Of a stretch of DNA of 64,000 bases, positions 12,222 through 22,933 are shown piece by piece (within the stretch, counting starts at the first letter, position 1; every line of letters begins with the position of its first letter). The position numbers and the translations under genes were made by a program. Source of the DNA: an uncultured delta proteobacterium (GTDB lineage Bacteria > Desulfobacterota > Binatia > DP-6); the NCBI GenBank assembly GCA_963815115.1, contig CAWFFN010000005.1:1216001-1280000 (forward strand), in the 5' to 3' direction. Under the pieces are notes generated by a model. The model was not told the origin of the DNA, ran no database searches, and saw nothing but the letters and a program-made list of their open reading frames with translations.

Positions 12222-12573
12222 ATGGCGAAGCTCCAACCGTGGTTCCACGTGGTCCAGCCCCGGGAAGACCTCCGCGAGGGCAAACCGCTCGACGCCTCCG
12301 AGTTCGCCGTCCACCTAGACCACATCCGTGAGAAACGAGCCCCAAAGGACTACCAGGAGCCCGACCGCTTCTTCGAGCGCAACTACATGACGGCCAGTCT
12401 GCTCGACCTCGCTGCCCAGACCGTGCGGCGGCTCTCGGGTATCACTGTCGCCACCTCTCCCGTCTTCAACATGGCGACGCAGTTCGGGGGCGGGAAGACG
12501 CACGCGCTGACGCTCCTCTACCACCTTGCTAAGCACGGCCCTGGCGCCGAAGCGTGGCGAGGCGTGCGGGCCA
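12222..12573 (+). pseudogene. DUF499 AAA+ ATPase N-terminal fragment
   Basis: PREDLREGKPLDASEFAVHL...TQFGGGKTHALTLLYHL; cut by the IS21 end at 12574. Confidence 0.85.
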
Positions 12574-12618
12574 TGTTGCCGGACTTGAGGAAGCGCCGAA
12601 TTCTGGACCGAGCGTCGC

Positions 12619-13386
12619 TTACCCCTTCGGCCGGGGCTTCTTGCTGAGCCGCTCCTCGGCGACGCGCTTGCGGTAGCTCTCGCCTTCGATGGCGAGGATG
12701 TCGGCGTGATGGATGACCCGGTCGATGAGGCCGATGGCGGACGTGGCGTTCGGGAAGATGGTCGGCCAGTCGCTAAACGCCAAGTTGGTGGTGAGGATGA
12801 GGCTTTTGCGTTCATGCCGGCGGCTCACGACCTGGAAGAGCAGATCGGCGTTGCGGCTGTCGTACGAGAGGTAGCCGATCTCGTCGACGATCAGCAGGCT
12901 CATGCAGCCGCCGTAGTGCCGCAGCCGCCGGTCGAGGGCGCGGGCCGACTCCTGGGCGGCGAGGTCGAGGAGGAGTTGGCTCGCGGTGATGAAGCAGACG
13001 GAATGGCCGGCGAGCACGGCCTGATGCCCGATGTTCTGGGCGATCATCGTCTTGCCGAGGCCCTGCGGCGCGACGAGGACGATGTTGCGGGCTTCGGCGA
13101 GGAAGTCGAGGCGCACCGCGGCCTCGACGGCGGCGCGATCGATCTTCGTCGGCCACTGCCAGTCGTAGTCGGCCATCGGTTTGAAGCGGCCGAGGCGGCT
13201 GCGGGTAAGGCGGCGCTCGAGGCCGCGGCGCGCCCGGTCGTCCTGCTCGGTCTGGACGACGTGTTCGAGGAGCTGCGTGGGGCTCCAGCGATGTTTGGTG
13301 GCGAGCGCGATGAGGTCGTTGAGCTGCGTGGCCGTGGCGCGGAGCCCGAGGGTGGCGAGCAGCTCAGGCAGCGGGGTCGTCGTCAT
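12619..13386 (-). CDS. istB: IS21 helper ATPase IstB
   Basis: PQGLGKT Walker A, LLIVDEIGYL, LTTNLAFSDW, DRVIHHA, IEGESYR. Confidence 0.95.
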   Translation of the reverse strand: MTTTPLPELLATLGLRATATQLNDLIALATKHRWSPTQLLEHVVQTEQDDRARRGLERRLTRSRLGRFKPMADYDWQWPTKIDRAAVEAAVRLDFLAEARNIVLVAPQGLGKTMIAQNIGHQAVLAGHSVCFITASQLLLDLAAQESARALDRRLRHYGGCMSLLIVDEIGYLSYDSRNADLLFQVVSRRHERKSLILTTNLAFSDWPTIFPNATSAIGLIDRVIHHADILAIEGESYRKRVAEERLSKKPRPKG

Positions 13387-13891
13387 CGGAGGACTCCTGT
13401 CGCGTGGGCGTGACGCTGAGCGCGTCGTCGCCGGTGAGCGCGTGCGGGGTGACGCGGAGCTCGCGCACGCGCGGATCGTCGGGCAGCGGCACGACCAGCG
13501 GCGGGGCGATGCCCTGCGCGCGGGTCTGTTGATCGAGCAGATGGGCGACGGCCGGCGCGCCGACCGCCCCGCGGCGCAGCGCCTCGGCCAGCGCGGCATC
13601 GAGCGCGGCGGCCCCGTAGCGATCGTGGAGCTGGCCGAGCTGGCGGGTGTGGGGCGCGAGGGGCTGGCCGCGCTGCGCGAGCGCGTCGAGGAAGGCGACC
13701 GCCTGCGGGCACGTGGCGCGCAAGAGATCGCGGCCCCGCAGCTCCGCCGCCGCGCGTTTCACCGCGGCGAGGGCCGCGATGTGCGCGGGGTCTTCCACGA
13801 CGCGCCGGTGGTCGTAGCTGCGGGCATGGCGGGCGACTTCGGTCGCGCCGTCGAGGAGGCGGACGGTGTCCTCGCTCGCGACGAGCGTTAG

Positions 13892-15405
13892 CCTCAGTGA
13901 GACAGAAATTTACGCCGCCAAGAGGCGGTCGAGGCGTTTGAAGCGGTCGACGATGGCTGGGGCGGGGCCGACGTCGAGCGTCGCATAGCCATCGGGTCGG
14001 ACGATCACCCCGGCGCGGTGCAGGCAGAGGTAGCGCAGCGTGTGAATGGCCTCGAAGCGGAAGCGGCTGCGCCGCGTGCGGGTTGCCCCGCGGCGCTCGG
14101 CCGTCGTCGCGAGCTGAAAGCCGCGCATGAGGTTGAAGGCGAGGACGCTGAGCACTTGCCAGGCGCTGTTCGCGGCGTAGCGCATCGTGGGCACGGAGGC
14201 GAAGGCGAAGCCGCTCTTGCGCTCGCCGTACACCTTCTCGTGGACCCCGCGGCCACACATGAAGGCCCACAGCGCCGGCCCGCTGAGCGTCTTGTTCGTG
14301 ACGACGGCAGAGTACTCGTAGTGCCCGTCACTCGGGTCGAAGAGATCGAGCTGGAAGTTCTTGACCGTCTCGTGCTGGACCCGACGACGGTATAGGACGA
14401 TGCGGAAGCGCCGGCCGCCCCACGGCGCCAGCACGATGGTGTGCTCGGCGCAGCTCACCGTCTCCTCGACCCGTGTCCACACCCGCGTCTGCCGCACGCG
14501 TTGCTTGAGGCCGACCCACGCGTAGAAGGGCACCTTGATCGCGTACTCCGCCCCGGCCTGCTCCAGCTGCGCGATGATGTAGCGCCGGAAAAACGCCCCA
14601 TCCATGCGGAATTCGAGGGGGTAGCCCGCCCCGAGCGTCGCGCGGAGCTGGGCAAACAGGTCGCGCAAGAAGCGGCGGGCGGCCTTGGCGTCGTCCACGT
14701 TGCCCGGCCGGTTCTGGACCCGCAGCACTTGCCCGCTCTGCGCTTCGTAGGCCGTGATCGGGTAGTAGCTCGGCACCTTGCGGTGATGGGGATTGTAGCC
14801 GCGGTGCGCCCACTGGACCTGTTGGCCGGTGGACACCACCGACCCATCCACGTCGATTGTCAGGCGGCGCAGCCCCGTGTGCCGGATCGTCCGCGCCACC
14901 ACGAGCGCGTTCACCCACTGCAGCCGCGGCAGATGCCGGGCGCGGAACCCGGTGAGCCACCGGCCGACGGTCCGCGGTGTCGGGAGACGGGTCAGCCCGC
15001 ACAGCCGGAGCACGAGGGGATCACCGGCCAGGTAGCGCAGGTGGCGCAGCCGGCGCCCCCCGCTGATCACGAGCGTCAGCAGCACGAGGACCATCGCCGG
15101 CACGCCGAAGGCGCTCCGCGGCAGGCCCGTGCCGAGCTCGCGCCGCAGCACCGGCACCAAGCCGAGCAGGTCGACGTACCGGCGCACGAACTCGAGTCCA
15201 CCGTACGACGTGAGCCCCCGCTGCTCGAAGCGCAGCGCCAGATTCCCGTTGACCCGCCGCCGCAAATCCGCTTTTCTCCACCGCATTGGGAATGGCCTTT
15301 CGTTGAGGGTGCTTTCGTTGGCTCGACACCACGAATTTACCACAACGGAAGGCCTTCTCATTCTCTGCGCGTCACGCGCTCCCTCGATTTTTCGTCATAT
15401 CGAGG
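13892..15405 (-). mobile_element. IS1380-family element
   Basis: Ends CCTCAGTGAGACAGAAA and revcomp CCTCGATATGACGAAAA; flanked by TTAG/CTAG. Confidence 0.8.
13910..15286 (-). CDS. IS1380-family DDE transposase
   Basis: LTSYGGL, TIDVDGSV, RPGNV, RMDGAFF, RGVHEK motifs. Confidence 0.9.
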   Translation of the reverse strand: MRWRKADLRRRVNGNLALRFEQRGLTSYGGLEFVRRYVDLLGLVPVLRRELGTGLPRSAFGVPAMVLVLLTLVISGGRRLRHLRYLAGDPLVLRLCGLTRLPTPRTVGRWLTGFRARHLPRLQWVNALVVARTIRHTGLRRLTIDVDGSVVSTGQQVQWAHRGYNPHHRKVPSYYPITAYEAQSGQVLRVQNRPGNVDDAKAARRFLRDLFAQLRATLGAGYPLEFRMDGAFFRRYIIAQLEQAGAEYAIKVPFYAWVGLKQRVRQTRVWTRVEETVSCAEHTIVLAPWGGRRFRIVLYRRRVQHETVKNFQLDLFDPSDGHYEYSAVVTNKTLSGPALWAFMCGRGVHEKVYGERKSGFAFASVPTMRYAANSAWQVLSVLAFNLMRGFQLATTAERRGATRTRRSRFRFEAIHTLRYLCLHRAGVIVRPDGYATLDVGPAPAIVDRFKRLDRLLAA

Positions 15406-16409
15406 CTAGCGGCTGGCGGACGACGGCGTGCGGGATCGAGTAGTCATTGCCGTCGAAGCGGACGTACGGCGTCTTGCCCGAGCGCACGGGCCGCACGAGG
15501 TCACAGGGCAACGGGTGCTGCGGGAGCGGGAGGAGCCGGGGCTGTTCCGCCGCCAGGGCGTCCGCGACCCGCTGGCCCGTGGGATCGCCGGGCACCGGGC
15601 GCTGGTGCGCCGTCGCGGCGATCCAGGCGGCAAGCTGCGCATTGAGATCGGTCACGCTCGTGAAGCGGCGCGCGGCGAAGAAGGCGTGACGGAGGTATTG
15701 GATTTGGCGCTCGACTTTGCCTTTCTCGTTCCCGCGGTACGGCGCGCACGCTTGGGCGCGCAGTGGTAGTGGCCCGCCAGCTCGAGGAGGCGGGGGTGGT
15801 AGCGGATGTGCTCCCCGACCCGCTCGAGGCCGACGCTCTTCAGATTGTCGTACAGCAGCGTGCGGGGCACGCCCCCGAGCGCCGCGAAGGCCGCGACGTG
15901 CCCGCGCAGGAAGCTCTCGAGGCCCAAGTCGAGGCCGAAGCGGGCGTAGACGGCGCGCGACCACGACAGCACGAGCACGAAACAGACGAGGGGCCGGCGG
16001 GCATGGCCGACCGCGAGGGTCCCGAAGTGGCCCCAGTCGACCTGTCCTTGCTCGCCCGGCAGCGTCTGGAGCCGGAGGTACGCCTCGGCCCGGCGCGCGG
16101 GCCGGATCGTGCGGACGTAGCGGCGCACGGTGACGACGCCGCCCAGGTACCCGCGTCCCCGCAGCATGGCGTGGAGGCGCGTCGCGCGGAGCCGCGGGTG
16201 CTGGGCGAGGATGTCGGCGAGGAAGGGTTTGTACGGATCGAGGACCGACGGCCGGACCGGCCGCAGCACGCTCGGTCGCCCGAGTCGCTCGCCGCCGAGC
16301 ACGCGGACGATGGTGTCGTGATGGACGCCGAGCTCGGTGGCGAGCGTCCCGATCCGCCAGTGCTCGGCGTAGTAGAGCCGGCGGATGCGGGCGGCGACCT
16401 CGGGCGGGA

Positions 16410-16784
16410 TCATGCGACCGCCCGGCGGCGCAGGAGCCGGCGTACGTCCGCGAACGCCCCCGAGCCCGTCCCCGGTGCAGGATCGGCCGGCACGGCGTCA
16501 TGCCGGACGCACGCGACGGTGACGGCGACCGGCCGCGTGACGGTCTCCAGCGTGTCGAGCCAGCGTGGTGTGGCGCAGAAAGCGCCCCGGCCGACCACAG
16601 CGATGGCAACGCGGCACGGGCGCCCCGTCCACAGCGTCAGGGCCTCGGCCAGCGCCAGCACGGCGCGAGGATGGGCCGGACTGTGCGGCAGCCGGGCCTT
16701 GAGCAGCGGGGTCGACCCGTCGTGGACCAGGACGCGCGTCGCCAGCGGCCCCGGGACCACGCCCATCGCGAGCGGCAACGACAT
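16410..16784 (-). CDS. IS21-associated accessory protein
   Basis: GAGGAGGTG RBS; stop overlaps the istA ATG (ATGA). Confidence 0.7.
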   Translation of the reverse strand: MSLPLAMGVVPGPLATRVLVHDGSTPLLKARLPHSPAHPRAVLALAEALTLWTGRPCRVAIAVVGRGAFCATPRWLDTLETVTRPVAVTVACVRHDAVPADPAPGTGSGAFADVRRLLRRRAVA

Positions 16785-17103
16785 CGGACACCTCCTCGAT
16801 GCGGCCGTCATCGGGGACGGCGCGCGTGCGCGTGTCCATGCCGCAGGATGCGCGGGCCGCGCGAGGGTGATGCGTCACTTTTTCCCGGCGGCGGGCCCGG
16901 TACCGGTGCTGGCGCGCGGCATGCCGCCGGCGCCCGCGCCGTGTGTCCTGGTACCGCGTCCCGGCCGCGCGCACGGTCTGGCGCCGCCTCGTCGTCGCGC
17001 AGGGCCGGCTGCAGTACCACTGCCCGCGGTCGCAGTGCGAGCAGAGGAAGAAGACTTGCCCGCACGCCGCCCGCGCACACACCACGCACCGCAACGACTC
17101 CAC
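16498..17103 (-). CDS. IS21-associated Cys-rich basic protein
   Basis: [22 protein letters not shown] followed by an Arg-rich helix and KVTHH; lies inside the IS ends. Confidence 0.65.
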   Translation of the reverse strand: MESLRCVVCARAACGQVFFLCSHCDRGQWYCSRPCATTRRRQTVRAAGTRYQDTRRGRRRHAARQHRYRARRREKVTHHPRAARASCGMDTRTRAVPDDGRIEEVSDVVAARDGRGPGAAGDARPGPRRVDPAAQGPAAAQSGPSSRRAGAGRGPDAVDGAPVPRCHRCGRPGRFLRHTTLARHAGDRHAAGRRHRRVRPA

Positions 17104-17346
17104 GCGTCCCTGCCACCGGCGGCCGGTGGAGTGGACGACGTCACGGACTCATGCGACAACGACCGCGGCTGCTACGCGTCCCTGCGTCTCAGCCGGAGGG
17201 CTCGGAGATTGTCGCTCCGGGCCCTCGCTCTTTGGGCTGCCTGCTGTGCCGCGCCCTCTACCGCAGGGACGGCCCGCAGCAAACAGGCTCAGCATCGAAC
17301 GACGACCTCACGTCGAGAATCCTGCGCTTCTCGGTGATCGCCAACA

Positions 17347-17790
17347 CTCGCCGCCATTGGCTTCGCATCTCCCGCCCGGAGCGTTGCAGCGACCCCGGTC
17401 GGCCTCTGGTATGCGGAGGGCGGTGCTGCGCAGGTCGCTATCGAGCCGTGCGGAAGCGAACTGTGTGGGCGGGTCAAATGGCTCCGCTCCCCGTACGATG
17501 TTGACGGCTGTGACCTCCGGGATCGGCACAACCCGGACCCGACGCTCCGCGCTCGGAAGGTCGAGGGCCTGGAGATTCTGCGGGGGCTCACTCCGCGGCC
17601 GGACGGCACGTGGGTGAACGGGCGCATCTACGACCCTGGCAGCGGGAACACATACACCTGCCAACTGGCGCTCGACGGCGATGACCGGGTGCGGCTACGT
17701 GCTTACGTTGGCATCCCACTGATCGGTCGCACCACGACGTGGACGCGCGTCGGGACCGAGAACCGGAGTTGCCGGGAGGACGACCGATGA
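17347..17790 (+). pseudogene. DUF2147 protein lacking its start
   Basis: Hand translation PVGLWYAEGG..IEPCGSELCGRVKW..DRHNPDP..WVNGRIYDPGSGNTY..RAYVGIPLIGRTTTWTR; begins at the IS21 end; not in the ORF track. Confidence 0.85.
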
Positions 17791-17981
17791 AGCTGCGCTA
17801 CCTCGTGCCGCTCGCGGGTTTCGTGGTGCCGACCGTGGGCATCGGATACGGCATCGTCATCCCCCGAAGCTGCATCGCCGGGGTCAACAATCTCACCCTC
17901 GGCTTCGCCGTGACCATCGTTGGGGCGTGCGTGACCTGCATCTTCGGTCTACGCACCGTCCTCCGCAATCACCGGCGGTGA
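17787..17981 (+). CDS. small two-TM membrane protein
   Basis: ATGA-coupled to the DUF2147 stop; two hydrophobic segments. Confidence 0.6.
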   Translation: MKLRYLVPLAGFVVPTVGIGYGIVIPRSCIAGVNNLTLGFAVTIVGACVTCIFGLRTVLRNHRR

Positions 17982-17988
17982 ACCCAGC

Positions 17989-18570
17989 ATGCGTCGCCCC
18001 GAGTTCATTGCTCGGCAGTCCCGCTGTCCGACCGGGCTGCTTGGACGACTGATCGGATACATCATGTCTGCCGAAACGGCGACCGCGAACGAGGAGGCGC
18101 TCACGCTCCTCGATCTTCAACCCAGCGACCGCGTGCTGGAGGTGGGCTTCGGGCACGGACGGACCATTGAGCGCGCCGCGACGGCGCTCGCCACGGGGTT
18201 CATCGCGGGAATCGACCTCTCGGAGGAGATGGTCCGCATGGCGGAACGTCGCTGCCGTCACCTGAGCCCCCAGGGCAAGGTCGCACTCATGGTCGGTGAC
18301 AGTGACCACCTTCCGTTTCCCGATCAGCATTTCGACAAGGCGCTTTCAATTCACACGGTCTACTTTTGGGCCGACCCGGAAGCGCACCTCCGTGAGATTC
18401 GTCGTGTCCTCGCATACGGCGGGCGACTCGTGCTGGGGTTTCACTCAAGGAAGGACAAGAGGGCCGCGGACTTCCCGGAGAGCGTGTACACGTTCTACAC
18501 GGCCGAGGAAGTCGGCAGCCTGCTCGAAGCGAGTGGCTTCGAGCGCGTGCGGCGCGTGTCAATGAGATGA
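17989..18570 (+). CDS. class I SAM-dependent methyltransferase (3' end replaced by IS3 end)
   Basis: VLEVGFGHG and LPFPDQHFD motifs; stop codon falls inside the IS terminal repeat. Confidence 0.9.
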   Translation: MRRPEFIARQSRCPTGLLGRLIGYIMSAETATANEEALTLLDLQPSDRVLEVGFGHGRTIERAATALATGFIAGIDLSEEMVRMAERRCRHLSPQGKVALMVGDSDHLPFPDQHFDKALSIHTVYFWADPEAHLREIRRVLAYGGRLVLGFHSRKDKRAADFPESVYTFYTAEEVGSLLEASGFERVRRVSMR

Positions 18571-18588
18571 GAGAGGGGCATGGTGAAA

Positions 18589-19730
18589 TTACTGTCCCGC
18601 CGCGACGTCGAGCTCCGCGAGCAGGAGGTCGTCCGCAGCCACGAGCATCGAGACTGGGGGGGTACCTGGACCTTGGACCGGCTCCGTTGCGGGCGTCTGC
18701 GGGGCTCTGAGCGCGACGTTTCTTCGCGATCGCGGGCTCGGAACGCCATTGCGGTCGAGGGCCGGCGGATTGATCCACACTTCCGTCGGGGGCTGTTGCA
18801 CCCGCGGTGTCTTCCCCTTGAAGCGTTCGGGATGAGCCGCGAATGCCGCCGCGAGCGTTTCCCCCCGTCGTGCCACGATCGCCAGGGCCGTCCCGCTGTG
18901 CACGCTCACCGGCGTCAGGAACCCGATCCCGCTGTGCCGATGCTCTTCGTTGTACCAGGGGAAGAATCGCCGCAGGAATCCCAGGGCGTCCTGCTGCGAC
19001 CCGAATCGCTCGGGAAACTCCGGACGCGACTTCAACGTGCGAAACTGCGACTCCGAAAACGGATTGTCGTTGCTGGTGTACGGTCGCGTCAGGCTCCGCG
19101 TGATCGACAGGTCGGCCAACAGCTGGCCCACCGTCTTCGACGTCATCGCCGGCCCGCGGTCGGAGTGCAGCGTCAGGACCGCCTCCGCGATCCCCTCCTT
19201 CTCGCAGCTCTCCTTGATCAAGCGGCGCGCCAACGTCGCCGACTCTCGATCCGCCAAGAGCCACCCCACCACGTAGCGGCTGAAGATGTCGAGCAGCACG
19301 TAGAGGTAGAAGTACGTCCACTTCGCCGGCCCCTTGAGCTTCGTGATGTCCCACGACCACACCTGGTTCGGTCCCGTCGCCAGGAGCTCGGGCCGCGTCG
19401 CCACCGGGTGGCGCAGCTGGTTGCGCCGCTCGCGGACTTCCCCGTGCCGATCGAGAATCCGGTACATCGTCCGCAGCGAGCAGTGGTAGGTTCCCTCCTC
19501 GAGCAACGTCGCGTACACCTCCGCCGGAGCCTGGTCGATGAACCGTTCCGAATGCAGCACGTCGAGAACGGCAGCCTCCTCGACCTCGGACAATGCCAGC
19601 GGCGGCCGCGATCGAACCGCCGTCTCCGAACATGGTCGCCGCCACCGGTAAAAACTTGCCGGGGCCACGCCCAACGCCCCACAGGCGGCCTGGACCCCCA
19701 CGGCGTCGGCCAACGTCTGCGCCGTCGCCA
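18589..19730 (-). CDS. IS3-family transposase OrfB (DDE)
   Basis: VWSWDITKLKGP, LHSDRG, SNDNPFSESQFRTLK, WYNEEHRHSGI. Confidence 0.9.
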
Positions 19731-20210
19731 TCAGCTCCCGACCTCCTCGTCGCTCGGCGGCAGCCCCAGCAACTGTGAGACTTTTTTTTGAACGTCGATG
19801 ATCACGTGCGCCTTGCGCAGCTCCTCCCGCAGCCGCGCGTTCTCCCGCTCCATCCCGGCGAGTCGCTTCGCCAACGGATGCGCCACCGCCTTGCGCCCGC
19901 GCGCGTGCCCCGCCAGCCCGACCAACGCCCCCGCCTCGCGCTGCTGACGCCACACGCTCAGATGCGACGTGTAGAGCCCCTCGCGTCGCAGCAGCGCCCC
20001 GATCTCCCCCGGCTCGCGACACCCGTCGGCCTCGGCCAGGAGCTGTCGCTTGTACTCGGCCGTGAACCGGCGCCGCTGCGCCTTCGCCGGAACCTCCGGA
20101 TCCTTGCGGCCCGTCGGCGCCGGCGCGCCCGCAACTTCAGTCGCCCTACGGGCTCCTTCCGTTCCGGGCGCGCTTCCTGATCCCCCGCCATCCCTCACCT
20201 TCACTCCCAC
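19731..20210 (-). CDS. IS3-family OrfA (HTH)
   Basis: RRRFTAEYK, GALLRREGLYTSHL, IIDVQKKVS. Confidence 0.9.
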   Translation of the reverse strand: MGVKVRDGGGSGSAPGTEGARRATEVAGAPAPTGRKDPEVPAKAQRRRFTAEYKRQLLAEADGCREPGEIGALLRREGLYTSHLSVWRQQREAGALVGLAGHARGRKAVAHPLAKRLAGMERENARLREELRKAHVIIDVQKKVSQLLGLPPSDEEVGS

Positions 20211-20863
20211 CTCGCTCGCCTTCCTCCGTCCCCTCGTACACTAAATTCGGATCGCCTCCTCTCTCACGTTCATTGGCACAGGGGGGTGGACCTCGCGCAC
20301 GCGCCGGGAGGGCTCGTCATGGCGACGGCATACCGGCCGTTGGCTGCTTGATCACCTCATCGCGGTGGAGGTGAATTGCCCGATGTTCTCCGGCGTGAAT
20401 TCGCCCCACAAGGACTGAGGCTTCGGTGTCGAGAGGATGGCATTGTACGCCGCGCCCAGTACTTCGCCGCGTCACCACCGAGGTCGGCTTTGCTCGCGTC
20501 GGCAGGCGTCGGGACGGCCACGAGCGAGCGCGCGACTAGCGTTCCGGGAGGAGAGGCAACGGCCGGGGACCGCGGACGACGATCTGCTGCGTCACAGCGA
20601 TCAGGTCGGCGATTTCGGCATCTTGCTTAGCGGGCGGCACGTACCGCTCGATCAACATGACGACCGCCTCAAGCAAGCCTCGAACTTCCGCTAGGGGAAC
20701 GTGCTGCTGGACATCGACGCGATCCCTGCGACCCCACGTGTCTGGATCGATGCGCTCAACGGCCCAGGCATCCGCGGTCCAGGTTCCTGCCTCGGCTGCC
20801 TGCTCGATGCGGCGGATGCGCCGGGCGGTCGGCTCGCTGGCTGTCCAGCCAGGGGTTTCCAGG

Positions 20864-21487
20864 CTACTCGCCTAGCGGGCGGTCGCGCAGCCCGCCGACA
20901 ATCTCATCGGCGATGGCGAGGAGGTTCGCCAGTTCCGCCTCACGGCGCTCCGGTCGAACGGAACGCTGCACGACGTCGACGGCAGCGTCGAGCAGCGCCT
21001 CGACCGCCTGCACAGCCATGGTCCGGGCAGCCAGGACGAACCGCGGGCGCCCATATCTCAGCGGAAAAGCGCGTTCGAGCAGCCAGGCTGACCCGCGCCA
21101 GTTCTCGGGCTTAGCCTTTGCGGCCGCGCTGATTCGGAGCAGGCACTCCGCTTCGAAATCAGCCTGAGCCCTTTTTATAGCATCGGCAAATTCGGCAAAC
21201 GGCCTCGTCGGCGACCTATCGGGATCGCGGCCGCCGCCCCTGGCAACCCACTCGCACACCAGCGACGGCGGAAGACCGCAGCACCGAGCGGCTGTGCTCA
21301 GGAAGCCGACCTGGCGCACGATGGCGACGAGCCGGTCCTGCAACTCGGGAGTGAGCTTCGTCGGGCGGCCCCGGCCTCGCTGCGGCGGCCCCCCTCGGCC
21401 ATGTCGGCTCACGGAGATGGTGGTGTCGACGTGGTGCTCGGCTCCTCCCGCACCTAGCGGGGTCACCAGCGCAGGGAGGGTGGACAC
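20864..21487 (-). CDS. phage terminase-small-subunit-like HTH protein (start uncertain)
   Basis: GRPTKLTPE...FADAIKRAQA...WRGSAWLLER..P..YGR pattern. Confidence 0.6.
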   Translation of the reverse strand: MSTLPALVTPLGAGGAEHHVDTTISVSRHGRGGPPQRGRGRPTKLTPELQDRLVAIVRQVGFLSTAARCCGLPPSLVCEWVARGGGRDPDRSPTRPFAEFADAIKRAQADFEAECLLRISAAAKAKPENWRGSAWLLERAFPLRYGRPRFVLAARTMAVQAVEALLDAAVDVVQRSVRPERREAELANLLAIADEIVGGLRDRPLGE

Positions 21488-21700
21488 GGCGGGAGCATAC
21501 CATCGATTCACACAGGCCGCGTTCTCATGCGGGCGCGTGGGGTCTGGGCTCCGATCACCGTACGCGAATGCCGCACCGGACGATGAATTCTTCAGCGCGT
21601 TCGCAGAATCCTCTTGAAAACGGTCTCCCCGGGCTGATATCCGGCGGAGAGCGACGGACGTCACCGCGCGCGAGTACGCGCATCGAAGGGGGCCACAGAG

Positions 21701-22798
21701 ATGAAAAAGCTGGCTCGTCTGCTTCTGGTGAGCGCGTGTGTCGTGGGCCTCGCCGCGATCGCGGCCTACGCCGTCGATCAGACGATCCTCGGCAAGTCGT
21801 TCTTCGTGAAGGCAAAGCCCGGCAGTCCCACGAAAGTCGAGGCCAGTGCCGTCGAGAAGAACACCAATGACACCTTGGTGGGCGATCCCACCGCGGGCAG
21901 CGCGGGAGGGGCCGTCCTGCAGATCGTCGTGAACGGCGGCACGCCGTCCAGTCAGAGCTTCGTTCTCAACCAGGGAACCAACGGCAAGGGCAAGCCGTTC
22001 TGGTCGGGCGACGCGGTCAAGGGCTTCAAGTACAGCGACAGCAAGGGCCAGCAGAGCGCCGTGCAGTCGCTCCGCATCTCGCTGAAGAAGGGGACATTCA
22101 AGATCAAGGCCTCGATCAGCGGCAAGAACGGGCCCGTCTCGATCGTGCCGCCGAACCCTGGCACCAGCGCGTGCGTGGCCGTGCAGCTCGGGACGTCCGG
22201 CGACCGCTACAGCGTCCAGTTCGGGCCCGAGAGCAACAAGATCACGAACAAGGACGGCACGCTCTTCAAGGCGACCAAGCCGCTGAACGAGGGAGTGTGC
22301 CCGTCCGGGCCGACGACGACCACCACGTCGACGACCAGCACGACCACCACGACGGCGCCCACCACGACGACGACCACAACCTCAACGACAACCACCACCA
22401 CGACCACAACCAGCACGACAACCACCACCACGACGACGACCACAACCACCACGACGCTGGCCTGCCCCCCGGGCAAGTGCGACGACGGCCTGCGGTGTAC
22501 CACCGACACCTGCGACCCGTCGACGGGCGTCTGCAGCAACGTGTTCAACCCTGCCAACTGCGGCCAAATCCCCGTCTGTGCGCGTGCACTATGCGGTCCC
22601 GGCCAAGACTGCACAGTGGTGTTCAATGACAACCTGTGCCCCCCCTCCACGGTTTCGTGCCTGGTTCCCCAATGCACGGCGACCGGGTGCGGTTTTCGAG
22701 ACATCTGCCCCGGCGGCTCGGACCCCCAGTGTAACGGGTGCGCGGAATGCTCCTGCAATGGGGCGCTCAACAAGTGCGTCCCGACCTGCCCGTCGTAG
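21701..22798 (+). CDS. secreted protein with poly-Thr linker and Cys-rich C-terminus
   Basis: Signal peptide; ~48-residue Thr tract; CDDGLRCTTDTC-type repeat. Confidence 0.9.
   Translation: MKKLARLLLVSACVVGLAAIAAYAVDQTILGKSFFVKAKPGSPTKVEASAVEKNTNDTLVGDPTAGSAGGAVLQIVVNGGTPSSQSFVLNQGTNGKGKPFWSGDAVKGFKYSDSKGQQSAVQSLRISLKKGTFKIKASISGKNGPVSIVPPNPGTSACVAVQLGTSGDRYSVQFGPESNKITNKDGTLFKATKPLNEGVCPSGPTTTTTSTTSTTTTTAPTTTTTTTSTTTTTTTTTSTTTTTTTTTTTTTTLACPPGKCDDGLRCTTDTCDPSTGVCSNVFNPANCGQIPVCARALCGPGQDCTVVFNDNLCPPSTVSCLVPQCTATGCGFRDICPGGSDPQCNGCAECSCNGALNKCVPTCPS
22312..22457 (+). repeat. ACN low-complexity tract (poly-Thr)
   Basis: ACG/ACC/ACA codon run within the CDS. Confidence 0.9.
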
Positions 22799-22933
22799 CC
22801 GCACCGTCGATGGTTGTACTTCGCCCGCGCGCTCGCGGCGTTCAGCGACGTGTGCCGCGCGCTCAACGCCGTGCTCGCCGCATGAACTGCTCCTCAAAGC
22901 TCTCCGGCGGTCTCGGATGGGGAGAGGTCTGAC

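Larger units (their letters stand above)
13383..16413 (-). pseudogene. istA: IS21 transposase IstA, frameshifted (~15750) and split by IS1380
   Basis: [37 protein letters not shown]; removing IS1380 restores QPLTLVASEDTVR. Confidence 0.9.
12574..17346 (-). mobile_element. IS21-family element (istA, istB plus two accessory ORFs), interrupted by IS1380
   Basis: Imperfect terminal IRs TGTTGCCGGACTTGAGGAAGCGCCGAATTCTGGAC and revcomp TGTTGGCGATCACCGAGAAGCGCAGGATTCTCGAC; no target duplication. Confidence 0.85.
18555..20280 (-). mobile_element. IS3-family element
   Basis: IRs (C)GTGTCAATGAGATGAGAGAGGGGC and revcomp TGTGCCAATGAACGTGAGAGAGGAGGC; orfA/orfB with an A-run-G slippery motif at ~19781-19789. 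Confidence 0.85.

Noticed and set aside
22207-22866. Poly-Val membrane protein on the minus strand
   Set aside because: Antisense of the poly-Thr tract of 21701..22798.
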